A DNA stretch of 64,000 nt from Macrostomum lignano (Eukaryota), in NCBI GenBank assembly GCA_002269645.1, contig NIVC01001742.1, forward strand, positions 1 through 64,000, written 5' to 3'. Below are positions 1-19,400 of the stretch, one piece after another. How positions within the stretch are numbered: the first letter of the stretch is position 1; every line of letters begins with the position of its first letter. The position numbers and the translations under genes are program-made. A model generated the notes under the pieces. That model did no database searches. It saw only the letters and a list, made by a program, of their open reading frames with translations, and was not told the origin of the DNA.

Positions 1-940
1 GTCTGGCGGACTTCGCCTTCACCGGCATCTGGTCTCGTGACAGCACGGGACCCAGAGCGAACGAGCGCGGCAGCGCCACGAGGCCAAGCTCATCGAGGTG
101 TTAAAGACTCGAACCCCGCACGGCGTCAACGAGCTTGCCGGCACGCTGCACAACCCGGCCACCCCGCTGATCTACCCGATTGTGCGAGGTCGACGCCCTG
201 GTGGCCGCGGTGAAGGACCACATGGCCCGGTGCTGCGAGGCCCCGGTGCTGCCGCCTACACCAAAGGGCGGAACCTCCGGCAGCTGCTCTGTCCCAGTCG
301 ACTGGAGTCCACCACTGATTGAATTTTCCTTTGATTTTTTACTTCACTTTCCCTTCTACTTACCTTTGTCAGACCGTGCCGGTACCCCAGCGTTCGCTTG
401 CTTTATTGCTCCTTTCTTAGAAATTTTTTTATTCTTATCGCTAGCCCAAGCACAGCTTTTGTATATTCTCAGCATTTATTCTGCATCAACATTTCTATTG
501 TTTCTTGACAGCCTGTACTTTTTTTATTACACTTTTTACTTTTACTCTTTTGCTTATCGTACAATTGCTCTTTTTAGTTTTTGAGGGCCTTTTCACCTTT
601 TTTATTTATTGAGGTCCATTTTGTAAAGTGCTTAGAGTCGCTCTTTCCCCTTTTTAGACACCGGGGCAGTTGCACCACTCCATTATTTATTTCGTGTGTA
701 GGATCGCTGCAGCCCACGTGCGGTTCACTTTATTTGTGCACTGTTTTTTATTTTGCATTTTCAACTCTAATAGTGTTTTATCGACTCACACCAAGTGTAC
801 ATACCGTACGCTCTCTATCTACCTGTCTACTCTCTCTCCCCTAACCCGCCTATTTAATAACTTTTACAACACCACTTGTCGCTACTTTTCACTTGCCCAG
901 ACGAAGAATTTACCTAATTCGAAAAATCGGCAACTTAATT
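1..940 (+). mobile_element. 3' end of a Penelope-like retroelement: C-terminus of the GIY-YIG endonuclease (frameshifted) followed by a T-rich pseudo-LTR; runs off the left edge
   Basis: Frame 3 reads LADFAFTGIW, then frame 2 reads RQRHEAKLIEVLKTRTPHGVNE, matching the PLE GIY-YIG C-terminal pattern (R..RE..WI..L.T..P.GLN). The T-rich tail ends in a minimal hammerhead-like motif at 893-933, typical of PLE pLTRs. Confidence 0.7.
893..933 (+). ncRNA. Minimal (Penelope-type) hammerhead ribozyme motif, core variant CAGACGA
   Basis: TTGCC-CAGACGA-A-GAATT-tacct-AATTC-GAAA-AATC-GGCAA: helix I TTGCC/GGCAA, helix II GAATT/AATTC, GAAA, and an AUC cleavage triplet. One core mismatch (U4 to A). Confidence 0.55.
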
Positions 941-998
941 CAACTTGACTGTTGTCCTTTTTACATGTACCGCCGTCCGTGCCTGAGATTGGAGGCGC

Positions 999-1520
999 CC
1001 TCTCTCTCCTCTCTCTCTCCCTCTCTCCTCTCCCTCTCCTCCCTCTCCCTCTCCCTCTCCTCCCTCTCCCTCTCCCTCTCCTCCCTCTCCTCTCCCTCTC
1101 CCTCTCCTCCCTCTCCCTCTCCTCTCCTCCTCTCCTCTCCTCTCCTCTCCTCTCTCCCTCCTCCCCTCCCTCTCCTCTCCTCTCCTCCCTCCTCTCCCTC
1201 TCCTCCTCTCCCTCTCTCTCCTTCCCTCTCCCTCCCTCCCTCTCTCTCCCTCTCCTCCTCTCCCCTCTCCTCCCTCTCCTCTCCTCTCCTCTCCCTCTCC
1301 CTCTCCTCCCTCTCCCTCTCCCTCTCCTCCCTCTCCCTCTCTCTCCTCCCTCTCCCTCTCCCTCTCCTCCCTCTCCTCTCTCCTCTCCCCTCCCTCTCCC
1401 CTCTCCTCCCTCTCCTCTCTTTCTCCTCACTTTTCGCCCTTTCCCTTCCTCCCTCTCTCCTCTCTTTTTTCTCTCCCTTTTCCTCACCCTCTTTCTCCTC
1501 TCTCCCTTGTCCCTCTCTCC
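999..1520. repeat. CT-rich low-complexity microsatellite
   Basis: Almost pure C/T tract (ctcc/ctct units); the overlapping L/S/P and R/G/E ORFs are artefacts. Confidence 0.95.
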
Positions 1521-1699
1521 ACGCATCAAATAGCATGCTCGCATTGTTCCATGCGTCAAATTTATTGCATACTTGCCCACAACTATAATTTTATTTTAAA
1601 AAACGATAACTTTCCACGCAATTTAGTCCAAGACATTGACCGAATTACTCTGGATAACTACTGTAAGTAGTTAGCTGGAAAAAATATAAAACGAATAAG

Positions 1700-1782
1700 C
1701 TGATTGGTCAGCCACCAGTGCCAGCCAATCCGGCAGGTGTAAGATGTCGGAGGCTGGTTCTCTCAATTCTAGCTATATAAGC
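1700..1782 (+). promoter_or_regulatory. Putative core promoter of the GPCR gene (two oppositely oriented CCAAT boxes and a TATA-like box)
   Basis: GCTGATTGG near 1700, AGCCAATC near 1722 and GCTATATAAG near 1772, all 80-160 bp upstream of the ATG at 1858. Confidence 0.4.
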
Positions 1783-1857
1783 CAAGAATATTTGCCAGAG
1801 CGCTCGGTTTTCAATTTAACAATATCCCCTACCAAAGCGTGCTAATCTCTAGCCACG

Positions 1858-9796
<7,939 letters not shown>

Positions 9797-10237
9797 TCCG
9801 AAACCTCCAAAATTATGCGCGTACCTAATCATTATTTTGTAAGGAGACACTAGATTTATTTTTCATGGTTGCCTGTAAGAAATAAATCCAAAAATGCTCG
9901 TGCAGCAAGCACTGCAGACACGGTCATATTTGAATATGACATATGTCGACAATATCGACATCGTGACATACTAAAACAAATAGCTATGTAGTTTAGTTCC
10001 AGTACTAAAGCTATCTAACATAAATTTAGCAATTTACTATTAAGCTTTTAGTATTATTTGGGTTGTGTTTCTTGCAAAAATCACTAACAAACATTAATAG
10101 CATTCAAAGTTTTCAAGTTTTTCGACCATGCGCCAGATTAATACATACAACGGGTATTAATTACGGGTCCGACCCAATAGTTAGAGACAACGACAGGATA
10201 ATTTCCTGCTTAATTTTTACTTCTGAGAGAACCCGAA

Positions 10238-13200
10238 ATGAATAAGTTAGATGAAGAAGCGCAGTGTTTTTTTAACGAAGTATTGACAGAAGCAAAAGAA
10301 TTATCTGAAATACGATTGCTTGAAGTTGATCCGAGAGATGTAAACCTGTGTGTACCAAATGCTCCAGATCGGGAGGTGTCTAAAGAAGAGCTTCGGAGCA
10401 TAGTAAGTACTGACAACGTATACTTTGTGTGTACATAAAGCATATATGCCCTTTGCAGCTTTTGATCTTTATTTAATAGGTTCATTAATTAGGCACTAGG
10501 CCTAGCTTGTTTGTTTTCTTTGTACACTTACAAAATGCATTTGAGTTAGTAAAGACCATTTTTAGTATATGGAATTTCAACCATGAAACTGAAGATTGAT
10601 TTTTATTAATTAAAATAGTTACCTTCTAATCTTAAACTTACTGTCATATATTCAAAAGATCTGTAGGCAGAGGTCAGTCTTATTTAGAAGCTAACAGAAG
10701 CATTTGCTATTGCTTTAATATAGTGTATGGGCCCCAGATTATTTATTTTTAACACAAAATAGTTTGAGGCTTGTAATTTTTATGTTATAATATATATTTA
10801 AGTGTGAATCATTGGATTATTACTATATTACCTTTTAATAATAAGAATAGCTTTTAGAAATAACTTGACTGAATTTAAGTTAAGTAAAAGTTATTTTAGG
10901 TAATGATATCTAAAAAAATGTAAAGAGTTGCTCATTTTGGCCAAAAATGGCTTAATTAATTAACTATTCTCTACTTTCAAATTAAAAATCTATAACCATT
11001 TAGTCAACACCCTCATTTTAATTTCAGGAATACTTGAATTCTGGTAAGAATTTTATAATTTATAATTCTAATTTCATAATAATATTTATGAAAAACATCA
11101 CCAAGCATCACCTGTTAATAGAGGCAGCTCAGACCAACAAGCATCACTTGTTAATAGAGGCAGCTCGGACCACCAAGAATCACCTGTTAATAGAGGCAGC
11201 TCAGACCAACAAGAATCACCTGTTAATAAAGGCAGCTCAAGCCACCAAGAATCACCTGTTAATAGAGGCAGCTCAAGCCAACAAGCATCACCTGTTAATA
11301 GAGGCAGCTCAAGCCAACAAGAATCACCTGTTAATAGAGGCAGCTCAAGCCAACAAGAATCACCTGTTAATAGAGGCAGCTCAAGCCACCAAGAATCACC
11401 TGTTAATAGAGGCAGCTCAAGCCAACAAGAATCACCTGTTAATAGAGGCAGCTCAAGCCAACAAGAATCACCTGTTAATAGAGGCAGCTCGGACCACCAA
11501 GAATCACCTGTTAATAGAGGCAGCTCAAGCCAACAAGAATCACCTGTTAATAAAGGCAGCTCAAGCCACCAAGAATCACCTGTTAATAGAGGCAGCTCAA
11601 GCCAACAAGAATCACCTGTTAATAGAGGCAGCTCAAGCCAACAAGAATCACCTGTTAATAGAGGCAGCTCAAGCCAACAAGAATCACCTGTTAATAGAGG
11701 CAGCTCAAGCCAACAAGAATCACCTGTTAATAGAGGCAGCTCAAGCCAACAAGAATCACCTGTTAATAGAGACAGCTCAAGCCAACAAGCATCACCTGTT
11801 AATAGAGACAGCTCAAGCCAACAAGAATCACCTGTTAATAGAGGCAGCTCAAGCCAACAAGAATCACCTGTTAATAGAGACAGCTCAAGCCAACAAGCAT
11901 CACCTGTTAATAGAGACGGCTCAGATGACTAAACGTCACCTGTTCCTGTGCTCACATCGCCCCTGTCCTCAGTCCGCGACATCAAACTCCGTCTCGAAGC
12001 CAACGCCATTGAATTGGAGCTGCAGTTGAAACAGCAACAACTGGCTGCAGTACGGGCCAAGAGAGCTCATTCTGAGTCGACTAGAACTTTAAACTATCGA
12101 CTAAGGGATCATCTGAGACTAGTTGAGAGTTCTAACTCGAGACGAGCTAGTTCAACCGAGACGGGAAGGTATGTTAGTTAGTTCTTTTTGTACTTTAATT
12201 TTTTAATTTTCCACTTCCTAGTCTGCCATCTCATACTTTAAAGTTCTGATTCTGATAAAAGTTACAGAAAGGTTATTTTGTTCCTTTATTGAATCAATTA
12301 TTCAAAGAAAGCTACATGTAAATATTAATTAACATGTTTCTGTCTACCTCTATAGCTATGAATGATGACTAACTAGATTACTTTATCACACGTTCATCGC
12401 CATCATACCCCAGCTAAAAACTGTTTTGATTACTATTTTTGAGCTCCAGCTATAGATAGACGTGGACCTTAATTAGTATTATCTACTACCGTAACGAAAT
12501 CATTATTCAAAAGTGACAAAGGCTGTGTTTTGTCTGGCCACCTACGTAGATATTGCTGCATTAGCATTACTGCACTAATCCCTAGCTAAAGCAGACAAAT
12601 CCTAAGCCAAAAAACATTATAACGCATCCATCAGCCGCCAAGCCGGCATCGCTGCCCGACTGTCGGACCTGGAGGCTCGTGAGCATCGGTTCCGATGTCG
12701 CGGCGAGAAATTCCAAGACGAATTGAAGATCACGGAAGAGATAACTCGGCTAGTTCGAATGTCAAGTAAGTTTAATAACATTTCTTGAATTAACTACATT
12801 ATTTTTTACCTTGTACAATACATTCACTAGCTATTGTTTGTTTCTTAAGTAAAAATGTGTTTAAAACAAAAAAGCACCAGCCCTGAAAACCTGCTTTCCA
12901 GTCTACGATACGCTCATATCGGACCCTCTATGAGCTCTGACTCAAAGCATCTTAGCAACCCCCATGGGCCATAGAATTTCAGCAATTCTCCCATGATCTT
13001 TGACATCTCTTAATAATTCTTCCCAAGAGCCTCGACATCTCAGCAATTCCCCTCTATAAGCCTCAACATCTCAGCAATTCCCCTCTGTAAGCCTCGACAT
13101 CTCAGCAATTCCCCTCTGTAAGCCTTGACATCTCAACAATTCCCCTCTGTAAGCCTTGACATCTCAGCAATTCCCCTCTATAAGCCTCGACATCTCAGCA

Positions 13201-15766
13201 ATTCCCCTCTGTAAGCCTCGACATCTCAGCAATTCCCCTCTGTAAGCCTTGACATCTCAGCAATTCCCCTCTGTAAGCCTTGACATCTCAGCAATTCCCC
13301 TCTGTAAGCCTCGACATCTCAGCAATTCCCATCTGTAAGCCTCGATATTTCAGCAATTCCCCTCTATAAGCCTCGAATTCTCAGCAATTCCCCTCTATAA
13401 GCCTCGAATTCTCAGCAATTCCCCTCTATAAGCCTCGAATTCTCAGCAATTCCCCTCTATAAGCCTCGAATTCTCAGCAATTACCCCCAACTACTTGCTC
13501 CTCACTTAATCACTTACTATGGTATTATGAAAATTTGTATCTTCCTACATTCAATTTCGCATTGCAAGGCATAAATGTTAGCTCATTTTGCCAATTTTCG
13601 CAATGCCCTTTGCTGCTCAAAAAATAATGATTACCAAAGGCGGAAATTTCTTGCTGAAATAGCTGGGCATTTTTACTAGGCCTACTAATAGCTAATTGAT
13701 CTCTAGGCTTGTCAACAAATTGACCTATTTTATAAAAGTACACATAGAGCATTCCAGTTTTCTCTGTTGAAAACAGCATCTATTGGCAAATGGCAAGTTT
13801 TTATGGGATGTATGGGATCGGTGATGCGTCGAATGTTAATGAAAATTCGCTAATATAAGTGCATATAGTACTAGTGTATGGAGTTGCTACGCACTTCTAC
13901 TTGTGATTAAATTAATTTCTTGTTTTACAGTTTTCAAAATTGCAACAATAAAGTATTCTCACAGACTGCCACGAAGTTACCAAATTTATAGAATGTTTAA
14001 TTTCATTAGCCAACCAAATCAAACTATAGGCTTTGTTCTGTTTCAGGCGCCAAATCCAGCAGTTTGGTTATAGCTTTGCTGTGTAATTTAGCGCCAAATC
14101 CAGCAGTTTGGTTAGCTTTGCTGTGTAATTTAGCGCCAAATCCAGCAGTTTGGTTATAGCTTTGCTGTGTAATTTAGCGCCAAATCCAGCAGTTTGGTTA
14201 TAGCTTTGCTGTGTAATTTAGCGCCAAATCCAGCAGTTTGGTTAGCTTTGCTGTGCAATTTAGCGCCAAATCCAGCAGTTTGGTTAGCTTTTGCTGTGTA
14301 ATCTAGCGCCAAATCCAGTTTGGTTAGCTTTTGCTGTGTAATTTAGCACCAAATCCAGCAGTTTGGTTAGCTTTGTTGTGTAATTTAGCGCCAAATCCAG
14401 CAGTTTGGTTAGCTTTGCTGTGTAATTTAGCGCCAAATCCAGCAGTTTGGTTATAGCTTTGCTGTGTAATTTAGCGCCAAATCCAGCAGTTTGGTTAGCT
14501 TTGCTGTGTAATTTAGCGCCAAATCCAGCAGTTTGGTTAGCTTTGTTGTGTAATTTAGCGCGAAATCCAGCAGTTTGGTTAGCTTTGCTGTGTAATTTAG
14601 CGCCAAATCCAGCAGTTTGGTTATAGCTTTGCTGTGTAATTTAGCGCCAAATCCAGTTTGGTTAGCTTTTGCTGCGCAATTTAGCACCAAATCCAGCAGT
14701 TTGGTTAGCTTTGCTGTGTAATTTAGCGCCAAATCCAGTTTGGTTAGCTTTGCTGTGTAATTTAGCGCCAAATCCAGCAGTTTGGTTAGCTTTGCTGTGT
14801 AATTTAGCGCCAAATCCAGCAGTTTGGTTAGCTTTGCTGTGTAATTAAGCGCCAAATCTAGCAGTTTGGTTATAGCTTTGCTGTGTAATTTAGCGCCAAA
14901 TCCAGTTTGGTTAGCTTTGCTGTGTAATTTAGCACCAAATCCAGCAGTTTGGTTAGCTTTTGCTGCGCAATTTAGCACCAAATCCAGCAGTTTGGTTAGC
15001 TTTGCTGTGTAATTTAGCGCCAAATCCAGCAGTTTGGTTAGCTTTGCTGTGTAATTTAGCGCCAAATCCAGTGTGGTTAGCTTTGCTGTGTAATTTAGCG
15101 CCAAATCCAGTTTGGTTAGCTTTGCTGCGCAATTTAGCACCAAATCCAGCAGTTTGGTTAGCTTTGCTGCGCAATTTAGCACCAAATCCAGCAGTTTGGT
15201 TAGCTTTGCTGTGCAATCTAGCGCCAAATTCAGCAGTTTGGTTAGCTTTTGCTGTGCAATCTAGCGCCAAATCCAGCAGTTTCGTTAGCTTTGCTGTATA
15301 ACTAAGCGCCAAATCCAGTTTGGTTAGCTTTGCTGTGTAATTAAGCGCCAAATCCAGTTTGGTTAGCTTTGCTGTGCAATCTAGCGCCAAATCCAGCAGT
15401 TTGGTTAGCTTTGCTGCGCAATTTAGCGCCAAATCCAGTTAGCTTTCAATTCCCCAATCTGCCATCACCCTTGCAGTCGAGCGCCTCGCACACCGGATGC
15501 AGCTGATTGGACACGCAACCTTGGACTCGCTGATCTCGGCTGTTGAAGCCATTCGCCTGGATGCCAATCGAGCCGAGGATCGGCTTGAAGAACTCCGTCA
15601 GCAAACTGACTCGATGACAGAGCAACTGCTCGGTGGCAAATCTTTGTCTGATCCTGGCTCTAGATCTGGCTCTAGATCAAGCTCTAGATCAAGCTCTAGA
15701 TCTGGTTCTGACTCTGTCAAGGCTGCCGATGATAGATATGAATCGGAGAATTCTGCGTTGGAATGA
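10238..15766 (+). CDS. Uncharacterised coiled-coil protein, ~265 aa; exons 10238-10402, 11028-11043, 11973-12168, 12635-12765, 15477-15766
   Basis: All junctions are GT-AG and phase-consistent (0,1,2,1), totalling 798 nt with a terminal stop. Heptad-rich segments (IKLRLEANAIELELQLKQQQL; LISAVEAIRLDANRAEDRLEELRQQ) and a Ser/Arg-rich tail. The start codon is not proven. Confidence 0.7.
11100..11942. repeat. 36-bp minisatellite filling intron 2 of the coiled-coil gene
   Basis: Unit aagaatcacctgttaatagaggcagctcaagccaac, about 23 copies. Confidence 0.95.
13000..13485. repeat. 31-bp minisatellite
   Basis: Unit gacatctcagcaattcccctctgtaagcctc; a related array lies at 52010-52185. Confidence 0.95.
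14046..15440. repeat. 39-44-bp minisatellite
   Basis: Unit ttagcgccaaatccagcagtttggttagctttgctgtgtaat, ending about 35 bp before the acceptor at 15476. Confidence 0.95.
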
Positions 15767-15827
15767 ACTACTCCTATATGAGCAATATATTCGTAGTGAT
15801 TTTATTAGAGGCAGGGGCTTTGTGCGC

Positions 15828-16300
15828 CCAAGGACCACTAGGAACACTTCGTTATATCTAGTGTAGTAGTCCTTGTGTGCACCCTGGCGCGCTTTAAGCG
15901 ACATTGTCACACAACCGGCGAAAATCGGCATTGCTGCCCATTCCGCCGACTCCCCTGAGCAGGCACAAAAGCAGCCATACATGTACGCACACAGGAGTGT
16001 TCAGCGGCCCTGACTTTATTTATCGTTAGGCATATACACTCACTGTGCCTTGCATTTGGGGGTTGGCCCTCAATGGCGTTAATTGCACGAGCAGAGCCAA
16101 GCCGAGATTTCAATTTAGCCACAAATTAATGCGACTGCACTTGGAATCGAGCCTGGGCCGCTGGCACATCATAGAGCGCCGCGCCAGAACACTATAGGCT
16201 ACGGCCACCTTATATTCCCTGCAGTGTAAGCCCAAGGACCACTGTAGTAGTATATACACTAGCCTAGCGGTTATAAACTACAGTGGTCCTTGTGTAGGCC
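15828..16300. mobile_element. Small non-autonomous element bounded by two related hairpin-forming direct repeats
   Basis: CCCAAGGACCACT...AGT(A/G)GTCCTTGTGT occurs at 15828-15878 and 16231-16295; the interior 16040-16190 recurs at 50755-51075. Confidence 0.45.
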
Positions 16301-16424
16301 CTGTCCTGGTTCGATTGTGTTTTTAACTTTGGTTTTTTTGAACAGCGACAGTCCTTGATGCGTTTCAGCCGGTCTTGAAAAATTAATTTCGTTTTGTTTT
16401 TTTCTTGCGTCTCGTCTCTTGCTG

Positions 16425-19400
16425 TCTGTTTTGTCTTTGGGTCTGTTTTCCATCTACAGGTCTGTTTTGTCTTTGGGTCTGTTTTCCATCTACAGGTCTG
16501 TTTTGTCTAAGTTGGGTCTGTTTTCCATCTACAGGTCTGTTTTGTCTTTGGGTCTGTTTTCCATCTACAGGTCTGCTTTGTCTTTGGGTCTGCTTTCCAT
16601 CTACAGGTCTGTTTTGTCTAAGTTGGGTCTGTTTTCCATCTACAGGTCTGTTTTGTCTTTGGGTCTGTTTTCCATCTACAGGTCTGTTTTGTCTAAGTTG
16701 GGTCTGTTTTCCATCTACAGGTCTGTTTTGTCATTGGGTCTGTTTTCCATCTACAGGTCTGTTTTGTCTTTGGGTCTGTTTTCCATCAACAGGTCTGTTT
16801 TGTCTAAGTTGGGTCTGTTTTCCATCTACAGGTCTGTTTTGTCTTTGGGTCTGTTTTCCATCTACAGGTCTGCTTTGTCTTTGGGTCTGCTTTCCATCTA
16901 CAGGTCTGTTTTGTCTAAGTTGGGTCTGTTTTCCATCTACAGGTCTGTTTTGTCTTTGGGTCTGTTTTCCATCTACAGGTCTGTTTTGTCTAAGTTGGGT
17001 CTGTTTTCCATCTACAGGTCTGTTTTGTCATTGGGTCTGTTTTCCATCTACAGGTCTGTTTTGTCTTTGGGTCTGTTTTCCATCTACAGGTCTGTTTTGT
17101 CTTTGGGTCTGTTTTCCATCTACAGGTCTGTTTTGTCTAAGTTGGGTCTGTTTTCCATCTACAGGTCTGTTTTGTCTTTGGGTCTGTTTTCCATCTACAG
17201 GTCTGTTTTGTCTTTGGGTCTGTTTTCCATCTACAGGTCTGTTTTGTCTTTGGGTCTGTTTTCCATCTACAGGTCTGTTTTGTCATTGGGTCTGTTTTCC
17301 ATCTACAGGTCTGTTTTGTCTAAGTTGGGTCTGTTTTCCATCAACAGGTCTGTTTTGTCATTGGGTCTGTTTTCCATCTACAGGTCTGTTTTGTCATTGG
17401 GTCTGTTTTCCATCTACAGGTCTGTTTTGTCTAAGTTGGGTCTGTTTTCCATCTACAGGTCTGTTTTGTCTTTGGGTCTGTTTTCCATCTACAGGTCTGC
17501 TTTGTCTTTGGGTCTGCTTTCCATCTACAGGTCTGTTTTGTCTAAGTTGGGTCTGTTTTCCATCTACAGGTCTGTTTTGTCTTTGGGTCTGTTTTCCATC
17601 TACAGGTCTGTTTTGTCTAAGTTGGGTCTGTTTTCCATCTACAGGTCTGTTTTGTCATTGGGTCTGTTTTCCATCTACAGGTCTGTTTTGTCTTTGGGTC
17701 TGTTTTCCATCTACAGGTCTGTTTTGTCTTTGGGTCTGTTTTCCATCTACAGGTCTGTTTTGTCTAAGTTGGGTCTGTTTTCCATCTACAGGTCTGTTTT
17801 GTCTTTGGGTCTGTTTTCCATCTACAGGTCTGTTTTGTCTTTGGGTCTGTTTTCCATCTACAGGTCTGTTTTGTCTTTGGGTCTGTTTTCCATCTACAGG
17901 TCTGTTTTGTCTTTGGGTCTGTTTTCCATCTACAGGTCTGTTTTGTCTTTGGGTCTGTTTTCCATCTACAGGTCTGTTTTGTCTTTGGGTCTGTTTTCCA
18001 TCTACAGGTCTGTTTTGTCTTTGGGTCTGTTTTCCATCTACAGGTCTGCTTTGTCTTTGGGTCTGTTTTCCATCTACAGGTCTGTTTTGTCTTTGGGTCT
18101 GTTTTCCATCTACAGGTCTGTTTTGTCTTTGGGTCTGTTTTCCATCTACAGGTCTGTTTTGTCTTTGGGTCTGTTTTCCATCTACAGGTCTGTTTTGTCT
18201 TTGGGTCTGTTTTCCATCTACAGGTCTGCTTTGTCTTTGGGTCTGTTTTCCATCTACAGGTCTGTTTTGTCTTTGGGTCTGTTTTCCATCTACAGGTCTG
18301 TTTTGTCTTTGGGTCTGTTTTCCATCTACAGGTCTGTTTTGTCTTTGGGTCTGTTTTCCATCTACAGGTCTGTTTTGTCTTTGGGTCTGTTTTCCATCTA
18401 CAGGTCTGTTTTGTCTTTGGGTCTGTTTTCCATCTACAGGTCTGCTTTGTCTTTGGGTCTGTTTTCCATCTACAGGTCTGCTTTGTCTTTGGGTCTGTTT
18501 TCCATCTACAGGTCTGCTTTGTCTTTGGGTCTGTTTTCCATCTACAGGTCTGCTTTGTCTTTGGGTCTGTTTTCCATCTACAGGTCTGTTTTGTCTTTGG
18601 GTCTGTTTTCCATCTACAGGTCTGTTTTGTCTTTGGGTCTGTTTTCCATCTACAGGTCTGTTTTGTCTTTGGGTCTGTTTTCCATCAACAGGTCTGTTTT
18701 GTCGTTGGGTCTGTTTTCCATCTACAGGTCTGCTTTGTCTTTGGGTCTGTTTTCCATCTACAGATCTGTTTTGTCTTTGGGTCTGTTTTCCATCTACAGG
18801 TCTGTTTTGTCGTTGGGTCTGCTTTCCATCTACAGGTCTGTTTTGTCTTTGGGTCTGTTTTCCATCAACAGGTCTGTTTTGTCTTTGGGTCTGTTTTCCA
18901 TCAACAGGTCTGTTTTGTCTTTGGGTCTGTTTTCCATCTACAGGTCTGTTTTGTCGTTGGGTCTGCTTTCCATCTACAGGTCTGTTTTGTCTTTGGGTCT
19001 GTTTTCCATCTACAGGTCTGTTTTGTCTTTGGGTCTGTTTTCCATCTACAGGTCTGTTTTGTCTTTGGGTCTGTTTTCCATCAACAGGTCTGTTTTGTCA
19101 TTGGGTCTGTTTTCCATCAACAGGTCTGTTTTGTCTTTGGGTCTGTTTTCCATCAACAGGTCTGTTTTGTCTTTGGGTCTGTTTTCCATCAACAGGTCTG
19201 TTTTGTCTTTGGGTCTGTTTTCCATCAACAGGTCTGTTTTGTCTTTGGGTCTGTTTTCCATCTACAGGTCTGTTTTGTCTTTGGGTCTGTTTTCCATCTA
19301 CAGGTCTGTTTTGTCTTTGGGTCTGTTTTCCATCAACAGGTCTGTTTTGTCTTTGGGTCTGTTTTCCATCTACAGGTCTGTTTTGTCTTTGGGTCTGTTT

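Noticed and set aside
13931-14040. Possible extra exon after TTTTACAG in the coiled-coil gene
   Set aside because: There is no convincing phase-1 donor, and exons 4 and 5 already join in phase without it.
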